Shown piece after piece: positions 48,301 through 62,610 of a DNA stretch of 64,000 nt. The notes under the pieces were generated by a model. That model had not been told where the DNA came from and did no database searches. It saw only the letters and a program-made list of their open reading frames with translations. The first letter of the stretch is position 1; the number at the start of each line of letters is the position of its first letter. Source of the stretch: Anthoceros angustus (lineage: Eukaryota; Plantae; Anthocerotophyta). Location: assembly GCA_010909165.1 (NCBI GenBank), contig MU008208.1, positions 91,545-155,544 on the forward strand, given 5' to 3'. Position numbers and translations under genes: made by a program.

Positions 48301-51300
48301 CTCCCACTCACTATGAACTAGGGGTGATTTTCGACCAAAAGAGGTCTAGGAAAAACTAGTCTAGTAAAAACTAGTCCCTAACTAAACTTTACTTAAAGGC
48401 ATAAAGTAAAACTTAAGGTAAAACTGAAAGTAATAATCACTATTAAATAACTCCCACTTAAGGAGAACGAGATGAGAAACTAATAACCCAACTTCAAATA
48501 GGTGGAATTAAAACTAATTAAAAGTATTTAAGCGGATTTATATATAGAGGAAAATCCAGAAAATACCTAATTTCCGAAAAGGAAAATCAAAGGATAATGG
48601 ATAATACCCTTCTTCCTCAAACTTCACGAACGCGATCCCGACAACTTGGTGGTTGGTACATGCGTGATGGCGATGGCGGAGGGGTGGCTACCAGAAGGCG
48701 CCAATCGCCCACGGAGGAGGCGCCCACGGGGCGCCATCGCGCCTGTCCCGAGCCCCGCTGGCCCTCTCCGGCCGCGCCGCAGAGGCCGGGCGCGCCTTCC
48801 CGCCTTGTCCGGCCCTTGCAAGGACGCCACGGGCGCCGCTGGCGCCCAAACAAAAGGACAGGAGGCGCCTACCGCTGATGCATCCAATCGTGTCCTCGCT
48901 GGTGATGAAGAGTCTCGCCTCCATGCACTCTTCCTGCACCTTTCGTAAAGAAATCTCCGCATTTGTCATTGATCCGACCTCATCCTCGGAGGATGAACCG
49001 AACCAGATGCCTAAGGATCCGGGGACGCGCTCCAGCCAAGAGGAAAGCTGTCCAAGTGTAAGATTCTTCATTTTCTCGCCATGTCTTCATTTCCGCCATG
49101 TCTTCATTTGTGAAGCAATTCTGGATGTGCTCACCAAAGGGGAGGAAGCGCAGCCTAGGTGATGAGGACGTGCCCCTCTCAATGAATGATGCTCCGCCAA
49201 AAAAAGCCCACCTCCAAAAGTGTTTGTAGGAAAGATTGTTGCCCATCTTATGCTTCTAAGAAGAAGCTATGACACAAGTGGATTACAAGGATGCTAATGC
49301 TTGATGGATAAGAGACACTTGTGTGTTTGATGCGTGATGGGTGGAGACGGCATGGGGAGGATATGACAAGGAAGGGCTGGAAAAGAAAGGTGCAATATAT
49401 TAAATAAGGGTTATCCGATTTAAGCATCCTAATTTCTATATGAGTTTTAGGATCGAATAACCTAGCATAAAGTTTCTGCAGTTGATGCGGCTGTAAACAC
49501 ATTTTGTTTCCCTAAGTGCATTGAAGACAAAAACATGGGCTATTATAAGTCAGGACTTCTACCAAAAGGTGACCAGGAAAATAAAGTATACATACTCACC
49601 TTAGGTTTAAGTGAAAAGGGAGATGTCCCGGACTCCTATATTTGTGAGGAAACTACCATCCACATGATAAAAATAGCAAGTCTCCCATGTGAGGAATTTC
49701 AAGGACATATCAAACATATTTTCCGTAGGTGCCTTTGGTGCTAAGGGAATTTAATGTTTTAATTACATAAATACTGCTTAAATATTATTTTTATTTTTTA
49801 ATATAAATATTCCAGGTTCTATGTTGGCCGTCTATGAAGAGGAAGGGGATGACCTAAGCTATTTTGAGATAGAAGAAGAAAATGTTCAGAAAAATAGTAA
49901 GACAATAATTTTTGGGCTAAGATTTTAAGGTTATCTTAAATCGGCCCTAAGGCGCTAGGGTGAGTATTAGGTTAAAGGTTTGGACAGTGTGTCCATTATA
50001 CCCAAACATTTCATGTGTTTCCTATGTAACTCAATTCCCAATGACTTTGTTAATAAATCAGATTGTCTAAAGTTTGAACATAACTAATATTTATGGTTTG
50101 ATCTTCTAACTTTTCCCTTATGTAGTGATAACAGCTATATGTTTAGTTCTAGAATGAAAAGATTTCGCAAGTGCAATGGCACCTGCTATCACTAAACAAG
50201 ATGTAGGCTTAAGTTGAGGATGGTGAAGTTCACTCAAAACTAACTGGACCACACTATGTCTTTAGAACCGAGGTTAGTACGTACTCGATTCGATTTGACA
50301 AAGCTATAGTAGGTTGTTTCTTACTTGACCAGGATATTGGTGCTCCTCCCAAGAGTAATACATACCGACATGATTTTCGTGTGTCGGGGTCAAAGATAGT
50401 CGGCATCGATATGCCGTTAGAGTTAATGTGTTGATAGCTGGTGTATGCTTGAACATCGATCCTGTACATAGTGCCTTTAAGGTATCGAATATACGCTATG
50501 ACATCCAAAGGCTCACGCCCGTGGTTCTCCAAGAATTGTGAACCGACTTCAAAAGATATATCCGGTCTCGTAAAATTGCATAAATATATTAGAGTGCCAA
50601 CAAGATGTCGGTATGGAACTCCGACATTTCTAGCTTTTCTTCAGTTTTGGGACTCATATCCGAGGTAAGCAACACCACTTGCAAAAGGTGTGGGTGCTTT
50701 GCATCCTCAAGTCCAAATTTAGCTAAACTCTCCTTAATATACTTGGTTTGAACTATACTTAGAGTCTTATTACCTCTATTTCGTATAATATTAACACCAA
50801 GTGCATATGTCATTTCTCCTAGATCGGACATCTCAAATAGAGTCCTAAGCCATGCTTTAGTTTCGCTAGGAGAGTGAGGGAGTTTGTTGCCATAAAAACA
50901 TCATCAACATAAAGTAGAAGATAAAATATATCATTGCGGATATTAGGATGTACATACAAGCATCACCGGCTTTGCTTAAATCCTCTCCCAATAAGTTGTA
51001 CATGTATGGTTAAGTTCCAATTCTTGCCCGATCGCTTAAGGCCATACAAACCTTTGATGAGTCGGCATACCCAATCTTCTTTGCCTTTGACTTCAGAACC
51101 CTCGGGTTGTCTCATGTATATTTCCTCTTGCGCCCATACAAATATGTCTTAACATCCATCATGTGGAGTTCAAGATCATGTTGGGCACATAAGGCAAATA
51201 TCATTCAAGTGTGGCAACTCATAAGTGGCCCAAGGTATGTAATCTAGACCAGAATTTGTGTAAACCTCCGCTACTAGACGTGCCTTTTATACCTTTCTAT

Positions 51301-54300
51301 AGAACCATCTCCTTTTCTTTTAATTTTGAATACCCATTTGCTGGTTACTATCTTCCTACCCTAGGTGGTTTGACCAATTCCATGTAGAGTTATTAACTAG
51401 GGAATTATATTCGAATCTGACTACCTTCCATAAGTCTTTTCGTGGAGAAGAGAAAGCTTGTTTTAAGGTAAGAGGTTCTTCCGGGTCTATAGTTGCCTTG
51501 TAGAGCTTGAGAATAAAGTGATATAGGGGTATAGGATCATCAAAACAGCTAGGTATCCTAAAGGAGGTTCCTTCCAACTGCAGGACTCGAGATAGTAGGT
51601 CGGGATCTAAGGTTGTACCTTTGTGCAGTGCATCATCCGAGCGGATCAACGAGGATCTGCTGGCTCCACAATGTCATCCTCCGAGGGTCATCAAACTCAT
51701 CATCATGAGTGTCAATCGGCGCCCGCTGGGATGTCAACATCGTGTCGTCGTTGAGTTGTGGAATAGATGCTAACTCCTCCTCCTCCGCATAATAGGTTCA
51801 ACTAAAGGAACACGAGAAGGAATGGGAAATGGAGTGAAATAATGTATCATCAAAATAAGAAGGTCAATGGTCTCATCAAGAGGAGGACCAAGCCTATCGC
51901 TCCCAGTGGGGAAAAGAGGTAAGACTCATGAAAAGTAACACTCGGCGTATAAAAGTTGCCTTGTAGAAGGGTTGAACAATTTGTACCCTTTGATACCTTG
52001 TGTAGCCAATGAAAAGTGTACTTAGCTTTGGGATCCAACTTACGCAATGCTTTGGGAATAAAAACATATGCGGGGGATCCAAAAATTCAAGGTGGTCAAT
52101 AGAAGGCTTCTTGCCAATGAATGCTTCATATGGAGTCATACCTTGAACTGATGTAGGCAATCGATTCATGAGATAGGTTCTTAGGAGGGCCTCCAATAAG
52201 CCTTAGATAACTTAGCTTGTACCAATAAGCAACCTGTGATCTCTTGGAGGCGTAGATTCTTGTTCTCCACGCCATTTTGTTGAGGAGTGTAGACCTGTAA
52301 GTTGTTGAGCTATACCACCGAAAAATCCTCAAATTCGAGATGTAAACTCTCCACCATTGTCAACGTAAGGTCTTGAGTTTGTGATCCGTAAGTCTCTCAC
52401 CATTTCATGTAGTCCTTGAAGAAGTGAAAGGCATCACTCTTGTTTTTCGGGATGTAGGAAAAGACAAACGAGAGAAATCATCTGTGAAGGTCAAAAATAT
52501 CTACTACCACTAAGGAGGGTGTAGACAAGGGTCCACAAATGTCTGTGTGCACTATCTCTAAAGGTGACTTGGCCCTTTGTGGAGATTTATTTTGAAAGGC
52601 TCTTGATGTCGCGTTTAGTGAGGACACAAGATTCGCACCAAGGTAGGTGTTCAACCTTTGCAAGGCAAGGGGTTCTATATAAAGCTCCTTAGACATTTGG
52701 ATTAATTTTTGACTATTAGGATGACCAAGGCGACAATGCCAAAGCATGGTTTGGGTAGGTGTCATGGTTTGGAATGGCAACATTAGCGTAATGGGTGGCT
52801 CCCACTTGTACCGACAATCTATAGAGACCATCATCTAAAGTGCAGTGCATTGTATAGTTTCTATCACTTATGAAAGAGAGAAGACAACTATTCGCATAAA
52901 GGATCACCGCAGAGTGTGTTCTTGACAAAGACTTGCGGTGATACTAGATTCTTGCACATTGAAGGAACATGGAGGACGTGATGAAGATGAAGAACGACCG
53001 AATCACACTTGAATACAATCAACCGACACCCGCAATGGGTAGGTTGTGATCATCTCCTGTGGAGACGATGTCCTGGGTGGTGAGTAAGACTCAAAAGAGT
53101 TTCGTTGTAACAAATATGTGAAGTAGCTCCAGTCTAAGTACCATGAGGTATTGGAGGGCTTGGAAGAAGCCAAGCACAGTGAGCACCTCTGGAGTTGAGG
53201 AAGATTGTTTCTTCACGCAATGTTAGCTCTGTGGGGCCTCCTTGCGAGGTTCCCCATTCTTCTTCTTACGACAATCCTTTTCCATGTGATTTGGGATTCG
53301 CACCAATTACATATAATCCCGTCTTGTTACCTCTTGCGGTGTTGAAGAAGATGCCTCTCCATCATGGAAAGTATGTGGATATGGGGTCATGGAAAGTAGA
53401 ACCTCGGCCCGCCTCGCCCCTCTTCCTCTACCCTTTGTGAATACATCACCGCCGCTTGTTGGCTGGAGTGATGATGACGTCGCTTGCCTCCTCCTGTAGC
53501 AATGCTCCAATAAGTTCGAAACACGATCGGCTCTTCATTTGGATCTTCATCCGCAGCTTTTCCGACATAATCGCATTTTGAGTTGTAATGAAAGCCCTAT
53601 AAGAAGGTGGCAATGAAGATAAGAGAATGACGTAAGCCTCCATCTCGAGATAGGTACGCGATTGAAGATTCCAAATGGGATCGTGCCAATCGAAATGCAT
53701 TAACATGATGTTCGATGGTGTCGGACTCCTTCATTGAGAGGTTGGAAGTTACGTGAAGTGCAACAATACTCATTACATCTCGAGATGAATATAATTGAGC
53801 AAGGTGAGTCCACATATCCTTGGAGGTCTTTGCAGCGACATGTCTCACCATATGTTGAGAAAGTCCACCGACCAATAAATCTTGTGCCTTCTCGCCTCAA
53901 GGCCCCGTGAAGGTTGAAGTTCACGTTCAAATCGGGCGTGTGGCCTTGGAATTGATCCATCGACGATGCCCCAAAGGTCTCTTTGCCGCAAAGCTCCTCG
54001 CATTCTCAATGACCGATGTCATAATCCCTTCCATTGAATCTATCTTTCTCTTGAAATCGCCACCATAATGATAATGCAATGAAGTGTTAGCATTATCATT
54101 ACCCAATGGGGAATTAGGAATTTGTTCTTCATTATTGATCACTCCAGCCATTGTAGGTGATTTAGAGGACTAGGCCTCGCGATGCCTCTCATCTTCTTTA
54201 TTGCACGAAACTCTTCTCTTGCATCATAGTCCGATTCGGATGATGATAGCATGCTCTCAAATCTGCGCATTATCAACCTTAGAGAGAATAGACAATTTTG

Positions 54301-54910
54301 TCCTTAATTCAGATAATTCTCCTTAAGATCAAAGGATTGGATTCTAAGAGTTGCTAATTGACTATCAATTTCTTGAAATCTAAGAGTTTCTATGCTATTT
54401 TGTCTTGCACTAGAAGATAAAGGAGTACTAATACCAAGATTCAAATTTGGGATATGTTGGAGAGCTAATTCTAATGCCTTGACGTGAATTGGACTAAAAA
54501 CTTCTAGCAAATCACGCCTAGCTAGCTTGATAAACTTCCCTTGATCCGGTTTAGAAATTAAAATAGATGCAATGAAGTTTGCTATACAAGAGGAGGTTTC
54601 TACTATCTCTATAGCTTGTTGTCTTCTATTGCTTCTATGTGTTGGGCTCCTAATTTGTTCTTGTTGTCTTGCACTACTTCTCTTCTTAACTGCCTTCTCC
54701 TTCTAAGGGAACACAAATCCATGGAGGAAGAACAAAGAATTAGTGCATAAAAGCATTGTTAGAAGAGAAATGTTAGCATAAAGAAAATGCATGCAAAGAT
54801 AGCAATTCTAGGATAAACACAATCCATCTAGGCAAATGCTAGATTAGAAAGTGTCTCCTAGATAAGCTACTTAGATGCATGAGGATGCAAAAGCAAACAA
54901 AGAGCAAGTG

Positions 54911-54922
54911 TGCTCGATACCA
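54911..54922 (-). other. Primer-binding site (tRNA-iMet type)
   Basis: TGGTATCGAGCA immediately inside the 5' LTR, versus canonical TGGTATCAGAGC. Confidence 0.85.
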
Positions 54923-55145
54923 TGATGAGAATCATACACAAGCTCTAGCAATATGTGTTGCATTACATTCATAATAGAAAGTACATGCCTTTATGTAGGC
55001 AAGGTAGTTGTAACCAATAAGTGGTTGTAACAACTAACCAATTAAATAACTACTAAAGAAACTACCTAGAGCCCTAAGGACTAAATTAATTATTAAGTCC
55101 TAGGTGCCCTAGTGAAGAGTGCCCTAATAGTAAGCTATTTTATCA
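54923..55145 (-). repeat. 5' LTR of copia 1
   Basis: Matches 48077-48300. Confidence 0.95.
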
Positions 55146-55590
55146 AACTCATAGCAACGCCCAAGGAAGAACTTCTTTGGTGGAGGCCGACCCAGTGCTG
55201 CATCGAGTCAAAGCCAGAAGCCGAGGTTAGAATAGGAGGAAGAGGATGAGGAGATGAGTAGAGGATTAGAAGTGTAGGTGTTAGTGGAAGGCCAGTGCGT
55301 GAGCCTAAGGGACGAATCCCAAATCTGCAAGTAAAGGCGCTCGAGTGGAGAGGATTGGTCTTAGAAGTAAATTGCGCGGATCGGGGTCCACAGGCGCCCG
55401 TAGGCCCTTGCTATAAGGCGGGACTAAACTGTCGTTGTAGGTTGAGAATTGGTAGTCTTCGGAGCGGTGTGGTGCACTGAAGAGGGTGAGTAGGGCGCCT
55501 TGCTTGTTTAGAAGGCTGAGAAGTTGTGTCACTACAGGTAGCGATCGGTCATCACAAGACCTCAAACTTTCACACGAGTCTCATGGGACG

Positions 55591-56943
55591 CAACGCATAC
55601 TAAGGAGTACCGGAGCCATTAAACAAAGTTGGGTATTCTACCGATCTCGACTTCCATCCGACCCTCTTCTCTCGCTCTTTTGGTTGTTGCCATCCGGGAT
55701 GCCCAAAGGTTGATGTTCTACTCATGAAATGCTGCATCCATGTGAAATGTGAAAGAGATGTAGTGGCAAAAATGCAAGTGGACAACAAAGTTGCAAGCGT
55801 CTTGCACGCTTTGCAAGACGAGAATGTCCACCGGAAAGGGTCATGACCTAGCCTTGCATGCCTGGGCCCGCTAGAGGCATCGTTAGGGCATTGGAGTCCA
55901 ACATCGAGAGGAGGAGGAGCGCATTGCGTGCATGGAAGGTAATGGTTAGTGCCAAGTCGTTAGGTGTCTACATCTTGCCGAGGTTCCGTGGCATTGCTCA
56001 TTATGCTTACCCCGACGCCCTACCGGTACTGCATACGTGGAATTGGTGCGAATCGCACTTGAAAACGAGAAGGCCGAATCGGAGAAATCAGCAGACTCCA
56101 ACACGTGAACCACCTTCCACTTCAAACATGTCCACCAGTGCCCAGAATCCTCTTTCATGGGCGCTCATGTCAAAATCGGCATGCACCTTCCACACCACAT
56201 TTTGCATACACCAAAGTGCCAACACTGCCAGCTCATCGAACATGGTCATGATCCATGGCCAAGCTGACTATGTTAGTTTTTGCTTTGAGGAAAAGAGTAA
56301 CATGGTCGCTTCATCACATATAGATTACATGTGCAGTGCGGTGTCGCCACATGATGCATGCACTCAAAGATCCAAATGGTGATGCAATCGTGAAAACATT
56401 TGGAAGCATATGTGCCAGCGTAATGAAGCTCTCCTAAAAACATAGCATGAGTACAAGGAAACGGCAGAGGAAGAGGTGGCCACGATCAAGACTCTACAAC
56501 ACCCTTAGGCAAGAGACATGCACCACCATCTATGAGTGCAATCGCTCCTTCCACAATTTGTGAGTGCACCACGCGTCTTTTGCATCTTCCAGCTCACCAT
56601 ATTTCGCAGATCGCCCCTCTTTCATGGGTCGCTCAATCACAAAACTTGTGCATTTTCCAGTTCACCAAATTTTGCATACATGTCCACCGTGTAGGTGCCC
56701 ACCACTACATTCTCCAGCAGCCGAGCCCTTGCACCCATAAGGGCATTCCATGTCACCACATCCCCGACAAAGCAAGCAAGACTACAAAATGAGGTCGTGG
56801 AATCACCACTAGTTGTCCATCATAGTGAAGACTAAACCGAGGTTCTTTGAAATCAAGAGTCATCCCCACTTGCCAGACGATCCATCTAACGTAGGGGTCG
56901 TCGTTCAATAGCCATCCATCATAGCACTATGATGGATGTAACC
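55591..56943 (-). pseudogene. ~1.35-kb repeat unit carrying PLS-class PPR gene fragments, copy 1
   Basis: Minus strand DVVTWNALM, NVVVGTY.VDMYAKFGELENA..F, YAKCG. The unit is repeated at 57799-58603 and 62611-64000. Confidence 0.8.
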
Positions 56944-57054
56944 AAGAGACGAACGAGATTCTTGAACTCGAAGAAGCTTATCCCCACTCGCCAAGACCAC
57001 ATCCATGGTGCTCCCATTCCACCTCCATAAGATGATCTAGGGGGGGATGTTCCT

Positions 57055-57530
57055 CCCATCAAGACAAAGCATTCAATTGGGCTTTGCAACGGACCGTGTT
57101 TTACAACACGGTCCCACAAAAGAATTGTACGTTGTAAAATGTTTGAGACGGCCGTGATCGTGCCTCTCATGTTTTACAACACACGCATAACCTAATCTAA
57201 TTTACAACACGATCAATTGCAAACCGCACTGTACATTGTAAACGCTTAAGAGAGGCCAAGATAGGCCTCCCACGAATTTTACAACATAGTCTAATTTACA
57301 ACCGCTGTAAAGCGCTTGTATGTTGTAAATGTATGACAAGGCCGGATCAGCCTATGCACGTTTTACACCAAATTCACAACGTAGTCTCATACACAAGGTC
57401 CATTGCAAAGCGATCTTGCACGTTGTATACGCCTCACGGTTTCCAGCCATTGACAAATTCACATTGTAAGCGTAGTGCCATTGACAAATTCACAGGAGCC
57501 ACCGGCAACAGAGAGACACAAGCCACTGCC
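57055..57530 (+). repeat. CACTA-like terminal/subterminal repeat block
   Basis: TTTACAAC/GTTGTAAA arrays; degenerate terminus cccatcaagacaaagcatt; copy at 40700-41158. Confidence 0.65.
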
Positions 57531-57798
57531 CCTGTCGCACTAATTTGCTGTGCCTCACATAAATCATAGCAAGAGTTAGGAACGGGGGAAGGAGTCAAGC
57601 CGCAACCAAGACTCCACAACACCCTCGTGCAAGAGAGATGCACCACCTTCAAGCAAGAGACATGCACCACCTTCGTGCAAGAGACATGCATTCCTCTTCA
57701 TGTGTCATTTAGTCAAACAACTTCCACCAAAAATTGGACATCAGAACTCGTAACGTGATTTCTTGATGCGAAGCCATATGAACTAGCATCCATGAATA

Positions 57799-58603
57799 CA
57801 CTAAGGAGTACCGAGCCATTAAATGTTGGGTATTCTACCGATCTCGCCCATCCGGCCACCCCTCTCCTCGCCTTTGGTTGTTGCTATCCGGGACGCCTGT
57901 TGATGTTCTACTGGCTCATGAAATGCTGCATCCATGTGAAATGTGAAAGAGATGTAGTGGCAAAATGCAAGTGGACAACAAGTTGAGAATCGCATCGCTT
58001 GCAAGACGAGAATGTCCACTGGAAAGGGCTGCTGACCTAGCCTTGCTCAGCCTGTGCCCGCTAGAGGCATCGTTAGGGCATTGGAGTCCAACATCGAGAG
58101 GAGGAGGAGCGCATTGCAAGCATGGAAGCGTAATGGTTAAAGTCGTTAGGTGTCTACATCTTGCCGAGGTTCCGCGGGCATTGCTCATTATGCTTACCGA
58201 CGCCGCTGGTACTGCATTACGTGGAATTGGTGCGAATCGCACTTGAAAACGAAGGTCCGAACCGGAGAAATCGCCAGACTCCAACACGTGAACCACCTTC
58301 CACTTCACAAACATGTCCACCGTGTGCCCGCAGTCTCTTTCATGGGCCGCTCACCAAATCATGCACCTTCCACCACCACATTTTGCATACACCACGGTGC
58401 CAACATCATCGCCAGCATACCATCGAACATGGTCATGATCCATCAGGCCAAGTCGACTATGTTAGTTTTTGCTTTGAGGCAAAAGAGTAACATGGTCGCT
58501 TCATCACATATATAGATTACATGTGCACCAGTGTGTCGCCACATGATGCATGCACTCAAAGATCATGGGTGATGCGTGAAAACATTTGGAAGCATATGTG
58601 CCA
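57799..58603 (-). pseudogene. PPR-fragment unit, copy 2 (truncated by copia 2)
   Basis: Homologous to 55600-56415. Confidence 0.75.
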
Positions 58604-58604
58604 A

Positions 58605-61600
58605 GAGAACGAAGAGGAGAGGAGAGGAGGAGGCAAGTGTAGCTCTCTCATTGAGATGAGGCTTGGAGGGTATTTATACCTCCAATAGGCTCCTAGGAAG
58701 CTCCACAAGAAGCTCCTAGGAAGGAGCACAAGAAGCTTCCTAGTGATTAGCTTAAGCTAAACTAATGATACTTAATCGACACCTAACTTAGACTAAGTGT
58801 ATTAGTCTAAGTACATTGGGCTTTAATACCCTTACAACCTCCCACTTAAAGGCCAATTTACCTTCAGAGGAGAATGGACTATCTCATGCCCATCGTTGTC
58901 CGAGCTTGTGCAAATTGTCGAGAGAGTCCCTTGGTAAGAATATCTCAGGTTCGCCGGTGAACCTTGACAAGTTGTACCTCTTGTCATCCAACACCTCTCG
59001 AATGAAGTGATACTTCACATCCACATGTTTAGTCTTCGCATGAAACATCGGATTCTTTGCCAATTGGATAGCACTGCTATCACAATGCAACACCGGCACT
59101 CAACCTTGATCCCCAAGTCTCCCACTAAACGAGCAAGCCATATGGCTTCCTTGCAAGCCTCGCTGTCGCAACATACTCGGCCTGTGGTAGATAGCGAATG
59201 CACGATCGCAAACGAGATCGCCATGAGATCGCCTCCAAAGGCACGTGAAGACATAACTGATGTGGACCTCCTTTGTCCATATCCTCGATAATCGAGATCC
59301 GTGTACCCAACCACATGCATCTTCACTACCAAAACATATGCACAAAGCTTTTGTACCATTCAGATACCTCATAACTCCTTTTACTGCCTCCCAACGCTTC
59401 TTGCCAGGGTTTGACATAAACCTGCTAACCACTCCCACTGCAAAGGCAATGTCAGGACGTGTAGCAATCATTGCATACATCAAACTCCCTACAACTAATG
59501 AGTATGGGACCTTCTCCATTTCAGCTTTGTCCTCCTCAGAGCTTGGGCAATCCGCGCTTGAAAGTTTCACGTATGGAGGCAATGGAGTACCCAATGGCTT
59601 CCCTTCTCCATGTTGAAACGTTGAAGCACTCTAATGTATTCCGTCTCGAGACAAATAAAGCGACGCTTATGTCTCCGACGAATACGCATGCCAAGTATAT
59701 GGCTCGCCTCCCAAGTCTGCTATTTCAAAGTGAGCATTCAACTTTGACTTCAACGAAATCTCATCAAGATCGCTCCCAAAGAATTAGCATATCATCCACA
59801 TAGAGGATCAAAATGAGCAAGCTTTGATCCTTAGCTTGCTTCAGATAGAGGCAATGATCCTCATCGCCACGCTTGTAGCCTTGAGAAAGCATAAATGAGT
59901 GGAACTTGTGATACCACTGGTGCCTGTTTCAAACCATAAAGGCTCTTCCTCAACTCGCACACCGATGCTCTTTGCCCTTCTCAACAAAACCTTCCGTGTC
60001 GCATGTAGACGCTCTTGAAGGTCACCATGCAAGAATGCCGCCTTGACATCCATCCGCATAAGTTCCATATCATCCTCGCAACCAAAGCAAGAACACATCG
60101 CAAAGTTGTCATTTTGACCATCGTGAGAAAATCTCATCAAAGTCAATGCCCGTTGTTGCTTGAAACCCTTAGCAACCAAGGGCCTTGTACTTTGGTTTGC
60201 CATCAAGGTATGACCTTCATCTTGTACACCCATTTGCACCAGAGTGCCTTCTTATCCTTAGGCAACCGAACCAACTCCCAAGTTTGGTTCTTATGCAAAT
60301 AATTCATTTCCTCGCATGGCCTTCTCCCACTTGTCTTTGTTACTCGCTGACAGCCTCTTTGTAAGAAGAGGGTTCCCACAACTGAAAGATAACATAATCC
60401 AGATGGATCATACCTGTGAGGGGTAATCCCCGCACGGCTACTGTGCACCTCTATAGGAGCTTGTTCGACTCTTGGTTCATCTATCGGTGGAGGAATGTGC
60501 CCCGCACATTACCACTTTTATCAACCGCCCATGATGATCATGTCCATCTTCTTGAAGATCACCCTTCGCACTCCCAGCTGGAGTAGGCTTCGTGCATCTT
60601 GTTCTCATTGAAGAACACGCCGTTAGTACGAACAACCTTTCTAGCCTCGATCCCACAAACGGTATCCCATCTCACCGAATCACCATAGCCAAGAAAAATA
60701 CATTTCTTGGACTTAGGTGCCAACTTGTCCCAAAACTCTTTTGGAACATGGCAAGATGCCTCATGTACCAAACACTCGCAGATGCTTGTAGGATGGTTTC
60801 TTTCCGCACTATAGCTCCTCCGAACTCGCTCATCAACAAATTTATTAGGAGATCTCAATAAGATGAATGCAGAGACATCGCTCGCCCAAAACCCATTAGG
60901 CAATCCGAGTTTGACAACAAAACCACGATCCTCTCCTCGAATGGTTCTGCTCATCCGCCACCCACACCATTTTGTGGAGGAGATACACACTTTTGATTCC
61001 CTTGGAATCACGTAATGACCGAAAGCTGAAACATACTCGCCACCATTATCCGCCCTTAGACACTTCAATCGGTGGCGATCGATTCTCTAAGGGTGACAAA
61101 TTTCAAACACCGTAACTTCATCCTTTTTCCTCAAAGGATAAACCCACACCTTGCGTGAGAAATCATCTATGAAAGTGACAAAATAGAGGCACCGCCTAAT
61201 GATGCAGAGGCATAGGTCCACATACATCATGAACCAACTCAAGAGGTTTACTCTACTTTTACCTCGTGTTCGATGTGATGATTTTGTCTGCTTCCCATAT
61301 AAACAAAGGCTCACACATCGAGAGATCGAGAAGTTAAGAATGTATAACCGTAATCTAGATAAAACCTTCATTCCCTTCTCGAGACATATGTCCTAACCGC
61401 AATGCCACAAGGAAACATTTATCGCTCTGCATCACATGATCTTGGTTTACCAAGTGAGTACAAAGTGCCACACTTCGATCCACGAGCTAACACAAGAGAA
61501 CCTTTGGAGATCTTCCAAGAGTGATCCCCAAACCAAGAGGTAACCAAAGATCATCCAACCGTCTCGCGCTAATCATGCTCTTTGTCAACTTCGAACATGC

Positions 61601-62595
61601 CTAACGCCCTTCAAAGATGAATGAAGATCCGTTGTCAAACTTGAGTTGCACATCACCACGCGATCCGGGCATGCATAGTTATTTCCAAGCCTAACGATCC
61701 TTTCCTTGTAGCATCATACGCTAAACCACTCTATGAGGAGTAACATGGAAAGATGCACCAGTCAATTATCCAATTGCGTAATAAATGACTATCCACTTCA
61801 GCAAGATTCAAGTAAGAAGAGATAAGGACATCTCCGCCTCAACGTAGTTTAACTCTTCCAACTCGATGCATTTAAGTCGCCTTCTTGTCGCCCCCGCTTC
61901 TTTCCTTGGTCCTTTTGAACTTCTCGCACTCTTTGAAGTGACCCTTTGTGACAATAGTGACACTCCACATTCTTGTTACGACTACGAGATTTGCTACGAA
62001 AAGCTTCGTCCGGCTGCTTCCCTTCGCAGGGACCTCCCTCTCACTATGAGGGCACCGGAACCTTTGGAAGGTTCCATGTTTTTCCTGCTCACCTCGCCAA
62101 TGTGCTACCTTCTACATTTACAATGGTAAGACCACTAGTAAGTGCACTAGTGCAAAAGGTGTCCCAACTCTCCGTAATGTGACCAATGTAAACATAGCTC
62201 TCACTAACTGGGAACGTGATACCTTGAGATGAGAGTGGCTGAAAATGGTATTGAAATCATTCGATGATCGGACATCCTCGTCCCTTCCTTCATCTTCAAG
62301 TCCACCACCGCTTTAACCAATACACCGAAGCCGCACTTTGCTTCTCACAGTGTCACATACCGCCACACTGTAACTCGTGGTCTTATCTTTCACATTGAAG
62401 TACACGCTTTTGACAATGTTAGCATGATAGTAGATCTAGCAAGCTCATCCAGTCCCGCCACTCATCCCGTGTCATACTATCCGGTTTGACGCCTAACAAC
62501 TTTATGGGCTTGATCCGCTTTTTCCGCTAGAACATTATACACTTGTTCTTTCCAACGGAAGTTAGTACCATCTAACTTCTCGATATTGAACATGA
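58605..62595 (-). mobile_element. Truncated Ty1/copia retrotransposon (partial 3' LTR 58605-58836; no 5' LTR)
   Basis: gag MFNIEKLDGTNF, IN YFVTFIDDFSRKVWVY and LRADNGGEY, RT LYVDDML and KVPYSLVVGSLMYAM, RNase H KNPMFHAKTKHVDVKYHFIRE, PPT aagtgggagg. Confidence 0.92.
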
Positions 62596-62610
62596 CGCTC
62601 GATGATGACC

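Larger units (their letters stand above)
48077..55145 (-). mobile_element. Full-length Ty1/copia LTR retrotransposon (frameshifted gag-pol)
   Basis: Near-identical 224/223-bp LTRs TG...CA, TSD AAACT/AACT, PBS and PPT. gag LLSSLPPSY, protease WYLD, LWHCRLGH, IN LEIVHTDICGP, RT YVDD, RNase H ISWSSKKQ. Confidence 0.95.

Noticed and set aside
48300-62595. Programmed frameshifting or recoding to explain the broken copia ORFs
   Set aside because: Indels are ubiquitous even in an element with near-identical LTRs, so sequencing error or decay is the simpler explanation.
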